Source: an uncultured Opitutaceae bacterium (GTDB lineage: Bacteria > Verrucomicrobiota > Verrucomicrobiia > Opitutales > Opitutaceae). Taken from it: a stretch of 64,000 bases of DNA. The DNA lies in the NCBI GenBank assembly GCA_951813085.1, contig OX638348.1, positions 627,627-691,626 on the forward strand, read 5' to 3'. Shown one piece after another: positions 57,237 to 64,000 of the stretch. Both the position numbers and the translations under genes were made by a program. The notes under the pieces are model-generated. The model searched no databases, was not told where the DNA came from, and saw nothing but the letters and a program-made list of their open reading frames with translations. How positions within the stretch are numbered: the first letter of the stretch is position 1; every line of letters begins with the position of its first letter.

Positions 57237-58614
57237 CTATTCTTTCAGGTTTCTGGAGCTGCGGAGATCGGACTCCATTTCGGATTGCTGACCCTTGTCG
57301 CCTGTTCGTTCCATCCACGCCAGAAGGGCGGCCCGGAGCTGAGCCTTGATATCGGCGAATTCTGGATTGTCGGCGAGGTTGTTCCATTCGTGGTAGTCCT
57401 CGTTGATCGCGTAGAGCTCTTCGCCCGCTCGAAAGTGGTAGCGTCGCACTTTCTCGGCTGCGTCGGGATCGTGCTGGGCCTTTCGTTTCCAAGAATTGAA
57501 TACCTGCGCCTCGCCCCATCGCGTGTCTTCGGGAATGGTAACCACGTTTTCGAATTTCACCTCTGGCGTGAAGTTCCAGATGTATTTGAATCTCAAGGAT
57601 CTGGCGGACCGGATTCCAAAATGGTCGGGCGCGTTTATGATCCCTCGGGTCGTCATCTGCGAGAAGACGTATTCCTTATGGTTATCGGCTTTACCGGTCA
57701 GCAAAGGATAAGCTTTGCCCGTCTAGATTGGGCGCAGGCTTGCCCCCGGCGGCCTCTACGAAAGTGGGGACAACGTCCGAGTATTCGATCAGGGCGTCGC
57801 AAACGGATCCGGGTTCGATCTTTCCAGGCCATCGGACGATGAAGCCTGTGTGGAGGCCTGCGTCGTACAGCGTCCACTTGGCGAAAGGAAGGCTTGAGCC
57901 TTGCTCGGTTGTCGCGATGAAGAGCGTATTGTCCGCGTATCCATATTTTGATATGAGATCGAGCGTTTGCCCTACCTGGCCATCGAAATAGGTGGTTTCG
58001 GCGAGGTAGCGGACCATGGCGTCTCGGGTCTCAGGCGTGTCGACGAATGTGTAAGGGAGCTGAACTTCGTCCACGTCGTATTGGCTGGGATCGCCTTTGT
58101 CCCAAGGAGCATGCGGCTCGTTCGAAGTCACGAAGAGGCAGAAGGGAGCGTCCTCTTGCTGGCAGGACTGGATAAAGGATTCGATGGCCTTGAAATCGGG
58201 ACTGTTGCCCTTGTTCAGGTATTCGAAGGGAAAGACGGATTGAGGCTTGATGTGGGTCTTTCCGCTGAGGGCGATCCGATATCCCAATGGCTTCAAGTAA
58301 TGGACGATCGATTGCGTGCCTGGCTCGGCGAAGGTGTGGTTAGGATAGGCGCCGGATTTGAAGGGTGACAGGCCCGTGTAAATATTGTGGCGAGTGGGGG
58401 AGCAGGTGGGAGATGACTGGAAGCAATTGGTAAAGCGCATGCCTTCCTCGGCGAGCGCGTCCATGTGAGGGGTGATCGCTTGGCCGCCGTAGCAGCCGAC
58501 GTCGAAGTAGCTTAGATCGTCCGCGAGGACGAAAACGAAATTGGGCTTATCGCTTGCGCTCGCCCAGATAGAAAGCGCGCCGAAGAGTAGGGGGATAAGA
58601 AGGAAATGTCTCAT
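57237..58614 (-). pseudogene. Sulfatase split by a frameshift
   Basis: ORF 57691-58614 has the sulfatase N-terminus with signal peptide (…CSPTRHNIYTGL…). ORF 57237-57704 in another frame has the conserved C-terminus (…YPLLTGKADNHKEYVFSQ…). The junction is at about 57708-57722 (…DGQSLS | YPLLTGK…). Confidence 0.7.
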
Positions 58615-58741
58615 GTTGGGATGATAGGGACTCTTTACTGGACGAAATCGGAATTAATGTCAGGTCTAATGTCGCGAACGTGCCCCTAGGTCGTAATGCT
58701 TTGTAGCGCTGGGTCGAAGTCAGCGTGTAGAAAACCGTGAT

Positions 58742-60169
58742 ATGAAAACTCGCTTGCTACCCTTTTTGGCGTTGATCGCCGCCTCATTCACTGCCGCCGC
58801 TGAGCGCCTCAATATCGTGCTCATACTTACCGATGACCAAGGGTACGCGGATATCAGCTTCAACCCCGAGCATCCCAAGGAAGTGAACACGCCGCACATG
58901 GATGCATTGGCCCAGGAGGGCATATTCTTTACGCAGGCTTATACCAGTGGCCCGGTTTGCTCACCGACGCGGGCGGGTTTGATGCTCGGGCGCTACCAGC
59001 AGCGCGTAGGCGTTTACACAGCGGGCGACGGAGGGTCTGGCTTCGATCCTGAATTGCCGATTTTTCCCGGGTTTCTCCCAGAGGAGTACACCTCGACGGC
59101 GATTGGGAAATGGCACTTGGGGCTCGACAATGACTACCCCGAATTGAAATGGCACGCCGTGAGCCGGGGATTCGACGAAAGCTACAAGTTCATGGGCCGA
59201 GGCGGGCACGACTATTTTGAGCTGAAAGGAGTCAATAGCGACGACTACGCTCCCATTTACCGCAACAAGGACCGCGTTGCCCCGGAGGATTATGAAGGGT
59301 ATTTGACGACACGTCTTACCGAGGAAGCGGTGGATTTCATTGGCCGCGAGAGGGACAACCCCTTCTTTCTCTATCTTGCCTACAATGCTGTCCATGCGCC
59401 TGCTCAAGCGCCACGCGAAGATATTGACCACTACAAGAATAAGTATCCAGGCATTAGTGACAAGCGAGCGATCTTGATGGCGATGCTCTATCATCTAGAC
59501 GAGGGTGTAGGAGCTGTAGTAGGAAAACTGAAGGAAGAAAAGGTGTGGGGCAATACGCTCCTGTTCTTTCTGACGGACAATGGCGGCTCGAAAGCGATGG
59601 AAGCGAATAACGGATCTCTGCGTGGGTTTAAGCAAAACCTATATGAAGGAGGCATTCGCACTCCATGGATCGTTACTTGGCCGGAGAAATTCAGCGGCGG
59701 ACGAAAAATTGATACGCCAATTATATCCATCGATATCCTCCCTACGGTACTTGATGCTCTCGGAATCGATGGTCCAAAGGAAACACCCTTTGACGGAAAA
59801 AGCATACTGCCGATCATTAGTGGAAAATCGGATACGCATCATGCGGAAATGTACTGGAATAGCGGAGGGTCTAAGGGAGAGTGGGCGGTAAGGCAAGGCG
59901 ACTGGAAAGCGCATGGGTTCAAGGAAAAGTTTACGCTCTTCAATCTCAAGGACGATCCCTCCGAGACTAGGGATGTATCGATAGACAACTCAAGGAAAGC
60001 GAATGAGCTCTTCGCTCTTCACGCGAATTGGCTCGAGGAAATGAAGCGTTCGGAGAATGGTGGAAAGCTTCCGGTCGAAGCAGGAACGCAGCTATCGAAG
60101 GCGGAACGAAGGGCGCAGAATAGGGCTGAAAATGAAAAACGGCGTGCGGAACGAAGGGCCCAACAATAG
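58742..60169 (+). CDS. Sulfatase (arylsulfatase-family), secreted
   Basis: Signal peptide, C-x-P-x-R sulfatase signature (CSPTRAGLMLGRY), 475 aa, intact. Confidence 0.85.
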   Translation: MKTRLLPFLALIAASFTAAAERLNIVLILTDDQGYADISFNPEHPKEVNTPHMDALAQEGIFFTQAYTSGPVCSPTRAGLMLGRYQQRVGVYTAGDGGSGFDPELPIFPGFLPEEYTSTAIGKWHLGLDNDYPELKWHAVSRGFDESYKFMGRGGHDYFELKGVNSDDYAPIYRNKDRVAPEDYEGYLTTRLTEEAVDFIGRERDNPFFLYLAYNAVHAPAQAPREDIDHYKNKYPGISDKRAILMAMLYHLDEGVGAVVGKLKEEKVWGNTLLFFLTDNGGSKAMEANNGSLRGFKQNLYEGGIRTPWIVTWPEKFSGGRKIDTPIISIDILPTVLDALGIDGPKETPFDGKSILPIISGKSDTHHAEMYWNSGGSKGEWAVRQGDWKAHGFKEKFTLFNLKDDPSETRDVSIDNSRKANELFALHANWLEEMKRSENGGKLPVEAGTQLSKAERRAQNRAENEKRRAERRAQQ

Positions 60170-60275
60170 AACATCGAATTCGATTCATTTAAGCGGATGT
60201 ATACAATAACGCAATACGTTTGGTAATAATCCCAAGGGTTGACCTGTTTGCGTTTCTAGGATTTGGTACCCCTCT

Positions 60276-61874
60276 ATGAAACTACCCCTATCTTTGCTCG
60301 CTCTGTTTTTGGTCGGTTCCCTATTCGGCCAGAATGAACGTCCTGTCCCTCCGACTCCAACCCATGCGGATGTGGCCTATGGAGACCATTCGCAGCAGGT
60401 AATCGACTTTTGGAGGGCGGATGTAGGCGGACGAGGCCCGCTTGCGATCTATATCCATGGTGGTGGATTCACGGGTGGTAGCAAGCGCAGCATCAATGCG
60501 CGAGCGGTGAATCAGTTGCTGGAGGCAGGAATACATGTCGCGTCTGCGGAGTACCGTCTGCTTAAGCACGCTCGACTTCCCGCGGCCCACGAGGACGTTG
60601 CTCGGGCATTGCAATTCATCCGTTCCCAGGCACGGGAGTGGGGCGTAGATACCCAGCGAATTGGAGGGTTTGGAGGATCCGCTGGAGCTCAACTAGTAGC
60701 CTATTTAGCGTTCCACGATGATATGGCGGATCCAGATAGCGATGACCCGATCGCCCGCCAGTCGACGCGATTGACCTGCGTGGCGCCGAACGGGATTCAA
60801 TCCACCATGGACCTGAACTGGTGGGTTGAAAACATTCCTGGCTACAATGAAGTGCATACAAACCCCACGGGCTACTTCAACGCCGAGGGAGATGCCTTAG
60901 TCAAGGCCGCTCAAGAGGTTTCGGTGATCAACCATATTACTCCAGACGATCCCCCCGTTTTCCTCAGCTTCAACATGGCGCCCGATTCGCCGATTCCGTC
61001 CGATCCGAAGCGGAAGCGGGCCTGGATGATCCATCATGTCAATTTCGGGATCGCCTTGAAGGAAACCCTCGATGCTGCAGGTGTGGAGGTGGATCTGAAA
61101 TACCCAGGCGCGAGCACGCGCTACCCATCCAATGTGGAATTTCTAATCGATAAGCTAGCCTGGAAGGGCGAGCGAACCCTTTACGAGGATTATGAGCCCC
61201 ATGTTTTCAGGAATGGTGACGATGAGATCGCCTACCAGCTATTGAAACCGCGCGATTTCGATCCGCAGAAGACCTACCCATTGGTGCTATTCCTTCATGG
61301 AAGCGGTGGGCGCGGTCCGGGCAATATTCGCAATCTAACGGACGCGGACGTGCCGGCGAAGTTGGCGACTGATTCGATTAGCGGAACGCATAATGCCTTT
61401 TATCTCGTTCCGCAGTGCCCCGCTCCCAACACCTGGGCGGATGCCCCATGGATGAAGCGATCTTCCAGTCCGCGCCCCAGCAAGCAGTCCGCGCTCTATG
61501 CGCTCGTGGACAGCATCGTGGCATCCAATGCCATCGACACGAGCCGACTCTATGTCACGGGTTTGTCGATGGGGGGATTCGGCTCCTTTAGCGCGGTAGC
61601 GACGCGGCCCGATTTCTGGGCGGCAGCGGCCCCGGTTTGCGGGGGTTGGCGACCGGAGGACGCGTCGTTGTTTACGAGCACTCCTATGTGGCTTTTTCAC
61701 GGAGATGCCGACAAGGCGGTGGATGTCCAATACTCGCGCGATATGAACGAGGCGATCCGCAAGAAAGGTGGAAATATTCAATATACGGAGTATGCCGGAG
61801 TCGGCCACAATTCCTGGCTCAACGCCTATTGGGAACCGGAGCTCTGGAACTGGATGTTCGCTCAGAAGCGCTAG
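60276..61874 (+). CDS. Secreted tandem alpha/beta-hydrolase (two esterase/carboxylesterase-like domains)
   Basis: Signal peptide. First domain has HGGGF and GxSxG (GGFGGSAG). Second domain has GLSMGG and the C-terminal H of a phospholipase/carboxylesterase-like fold. Confidence 0.75.
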   Translation: MKLPLSLLALFLVGSLFGQNERPVPPTPTHADVAYGDHSQQVIDFWRADVGGRGPLAIYIHGGGFTGGSKRSINARAVNQLLEAGIHVASAEYRLLKHARLPAAHEDVARALQFIRSQAREWGVDTQRIGGFGGSAGAQLVAYLAFHDDMADPDSDDPIARQSTRLTCVAPNGIQSTMDLNWWVENIPGYNEVHTNPTGYFNAEGDALVKAAQEVSVINHITPDDPPVFLSFNMAPDSPIPSDPKRKRAWMIHHVNFGIALKETLDAAGVEVDLKYPGASTRYPSNVEFLIDKLAWKGERTLYEDYEPHVFRNGDDEIAYQLLKPRDFDPQKTYPLVLFLHGSGGRGPGNIRNLTDADVPAKLATDSISGTHNAFYLVPQCPAPNTWADAPWMKRSSSPRPSKQSALYALVDSIVASNAIDTSRLYVTGLSMGGFGSFSAVATRPDFWAAAAPVCGGWRPEDASLFTSTPMWLFHGDADKAVDVQYSRDMNEAIRKKGGNIQYTEYAGVGHNSWLNAYWEPELWNWMFAQKR

Positions 61875-61990
61875 AGCCGACGCCCAGGAGCGCGGCCCGG
61901 TCTTGCGAAAGGGCGGAAACTTCCCTTAGCTGCTGTCCATTCGCCATTTTCCCAAGGGAAATAGGGTGACCTCTCGTTGAGGAAAGTAAT

Positions 61991-64000
61991 ATGCCCACCC
62001 ACCAGCATCGCCCCTTTGCTTCGATAGCTCCGAAGAGCGCTCTCTTCGGCACGGCGATTTTTTGGGTGGCGGCAGCCTCTTTCGGGGAGGAACCGCTCGA
62101 TTTCAATCGCGACATCCGACCCCTCCTTTCGGATAACTGCTTCAAGTGTCATGGTCCGGATGAGGAATATCGCGAGGCGGGCCTTCGTCTGGACACGGAG
62201 CAGGGCTCCTTTGCAGACCTAGGGGAAGGGTATTTCGCAATTGTTCGCGGCGATCCAGACCGCAGCGAGCTGGTCTGGCGAATTACTGCGGATGACTCGG
62301 AAGATATCATGCCGCCCGAGGATTCCGGACTTTCGCTGTCAGGAGAGGAAAAAGAGCGCTTGCAGCGATGGATCGCCGAGGGTGCCTCATGGAGCCAGCA
62401 TTGGTCTTTCGAGCCGGTGACGCGGCCGGACTTGCCTGAGACGAGCGATCCCGACTGGGGTCGTAACGAGATCGATGCCTTTACCCTGGCGCGGATGGAT
62501 GCGGAGGGGCTGGCTCCGTCACCCGAGGCGGACCAGACGACCTTGATCCGTCGCGTGACGCTTGATTTGACGGGGCTTCCGCCCACGCCAGAAGAAGTGG
62601 ACGCGTTCTTGGCGGATGAGGCGGACGACGCCTACGAGCGGCTCGTAGATCGATTGCTGGAGTCGCCGCGGTATGGAGAAACGATGGCCCTTCCTTGGCT
62701 CGAGGCGGCCCGCTATGCGGATACGGATGGCTACCAGAACGATGGCCCGCGGGACATGTGGCGCTGGAGGGATTGGGTAATCGAAGCTTACAATCGGAAT
62801 TTGCCATTCGATGCCTTTACCATTGAGCAGCTAGCGGGTGACTTGCTGGAGAATCCGACTCTCGAACAGGTTATCGCCACCGGCTTCAATCGCAATCACC
62901 GCTACAATTCCGAGTCCGGCTTAGTGCCGGAGGAATTCCTGCTTGAGAATGCGGTAGATCGCGTGGACACCACGTCGACCATTTGGATGGGGATGACCAT
63001 GGGCTGCGCCCGTTGCCACGATCACAAGTACGATCCGATATCGACGAAAGAGTACTATCAGCTGATATCCTTTTTTGACAATGTAACTGAGACCGGGCGG
63101 GCGATCAAATTTGGCAATTCGGAGCCTTGGATTAGGGCTCCGACGAGAGAACAGGAGAAGCGTCTCTCTCAGTTGGACGAAAAAGTAGCCGATACCAAAG
63201 CGCGTCGAGATAAGGCCCGCTCGCAAATACAGGAGTGGATCGTGTCCGGCAGTATGGGGGATGCTCTCGTAGACGAAGCTCGATTTCTTTCTCGCGGATT
63301 GATGGAGCGTTATTCCTTCGATGAAGGAGAGGATCTTGAACTTGAAGACGATGCGGAACCGACTTATAGCGATGGCGTTTTCGGGCGGGGAGCGCGGTTT
63401 ACAGGAGACAACTTCCTAGTGATCGAAAGCGACTTTGGCTATCTATGTCATGAACGATTTAGTCTTTCGTTTTGGTTGAATCCAGATGATGTATCCAGCG
63501 GAACGATACTTTCCAAACAAAAAACGAATTCAACCCGGCCAGGCATGGCGATCGAGCTCGTAGACGGAAAGCTGCAATTCGATATCATGACACGTTGGAT
63601 CGCGGGAGTGGGACGCGTACGATCCCTGGCCGATATACCGACGAATGCCTGGACGCATGTGACATTGACAAACGACGGGACACAGCGAGCTGGTGGAATG
63701 AGTATCTACTTAAATGGCCGCCTTGCTGAATCCGAAATTTTGTTCAACACGAACAGCAATGTCGTTAAGACTCCCACAACTGCTAAGCTTCGCATTGGCA
63801 AGGGAGTCGTGGGAGATCCTTTCAAGGGAGCGATCGATGAGCTGCGCGTGTACGATCGGACTCTGTTTCACGATGAGGTGGCAGTATTGGCGACCCCCGA
63901 GCCCATTCGTGGCATCGTGTACAAGCGGACTGTGGATCTTAGCCCACAATCGATCGCTAAGCGAAATGCCTACCTCTTGGAAAACCTGGCGCCTGAACCC
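61991..64000 (+). CDS. DUF1549/DUF1553-family protein (planctomycete PSCyt/PSD domains) with a LamG-like region; 3' end beyond window
   Basis: Translated by hand: ATG at 61991, no stop through 64000 (about 670 codons). Absent from the ORF track because it runs off the window. N-terminal CxxCH-like DNCFKCHG, then the conserved DUF1549 block (…WSFEPVTRPDLPE…DAFTLARM…) and DUF1553-like block (…MGCARCHDHKYDPIS…). Confidence 0.8.
   Translation, partial: MPTHQHRPFASIAPKSALFGTAIFWVAAASFGEEPLDFNRDIRPLLSDNCFKCHGPDEEYREAGLRLDTEQGSFADLGEGYFAIVRGDPDRSELVWRITADDSEDIMPPEDSGLSLSGEEKERLQRWIAEGASWSQHWSFEPVTRPDLPETSDPDWGRNEIDAFTLARMDAEGLAPSPEADQTTLIRRVTLDLTGLPPTPEEVDAFLADEADDAYERLVDRLLESPRYGETMALPWLEAARYADTDGYQNDGPRDMWRWRDWVIEAYNRNLPFDAFTIEQLAGDLLENPTLEQVIATGFNRNHRYNSESGLVPEEFLLENAVDRVDTTSTIWMGMTMGCARCHDHKYDPISTKEYYQLISFFDNVTETGRAIKFGNSEPWIRAPTREQEKRLSQLDEKVADTKARRDKARSQIQEWIVSGSMGDALVDEARFLSRGLMERYSFDEGEDLELEDDAEPTYSDGVFGRGARFTGDNFLVIESDFGYLCHERFSLSFWLNPDDVSSGTILSKQKTNSTRPGMAIELVDGKLQFDIMTRWIAGVGRVRSLADIPTNAWTHVTLTNDGTQRAGGMSIYLNGRLAESEILFNTNSNVVKTPTTAKLRIGKGVVGDPFKGAIDELRVYDRTLFHDEVAVLATPEPIRGIVYKRTVDLSPQSIAKRNAYLLENLAPEP

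Noticed and set aside
57130-57519. 130-aa N-terminal extension of the PhoD-like ORF (ORF-track start at 57519)
   Set aside because: The extension is Arg/Gly/Ser-rich with no signal peptide. The internal ATG at 57127-57129 is followed by a clean signal peptide and is taken as the real start.
1-64000. Global reassignment of TAG to a sense codon
   Set aside because: Most genes terminate cleanly at TAG with sensible C-termini. Long genes such as the hand-translated 61991-64000 gene and both RND pumps contain no internal TAG. TAG therefore functions as a stop, and the few internal TAGs are local events.
1-64000. CRISPR array, rRNA, or intact tRNA genes
   Set aside because: No regularly spaced direct repeats with unique spacers, and no rRNA-like conserved stretches. 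The only tRNA-like sequences are the two degenerate ones described.

Overview
The window reads as a moderately GC-rich chromosomal segment of a PVC-type bacterium (Verrucomicrobia/Planctomycetes-like), inferred from gene content only. Supporting content: paralogous DUF1592+DUF1552 and DUF1549/DUF1553 'planctomycete-type' genes, several sulfatases, PhoD-like phosphatases, and many Tat/Sec-exported periplasmic oxidoreductases. About 50 protein genes can be supported. They include a three-gene mdtABC-like RND efflux operon, Era GTPase, a PAS/PP2C phosphatase, a flotillin-NfeD pair, and a periplasmic sugar-oxidation cluster (GMC oxidoreductase with small subunit, Gfo/Idh/MocA, enolase-superfamily, gluconolactonase, PQQ dehydrogenase, TIM-barrel isomerase, DUF1080, SDRs). 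There is a TetR-regulated MDR dehydrogenase and a hydrolase block (3 sulfatases, 2 PhoD-like, one tandem alpha/beta-hydrolase). The window ends inside a DUF1549/DUF1553 gene that the ORF track omits because it runs off the edge. Five things stand out. (i) In-frame TAG codons interrupt four otherwise intact conserved enzyme genes (M28 peptidase; PQQ dehydrogenase twice, exactly flanking an internal cytochrome c domain; one sulfatase). (ii) TAG is by far the dominant terminal stop (about 26 of 42 genes), which is highly atypical for bacteria. (iii) At least five frameshifts sit at short homopolymers (two sulfatases, a transglutaminase-like gene, a small secreted protein), so the assembly may be indel-prone or the genes may be decaying. 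(iv) A 2.5-kb segment bounded by perfect 20-bp IS1-like inverted repeats holds a degenerate IS1-family transposase, a VapB-like small ORF and two degenerate tRNA-like remnants with duplicated fragments; this looks like an integration hotspot or island scar. (v) Heptamer tandem repeats lie immediately upstream of two secreted-enzyme genes. No CRISPR array, rRNA or intact tRNA was found.
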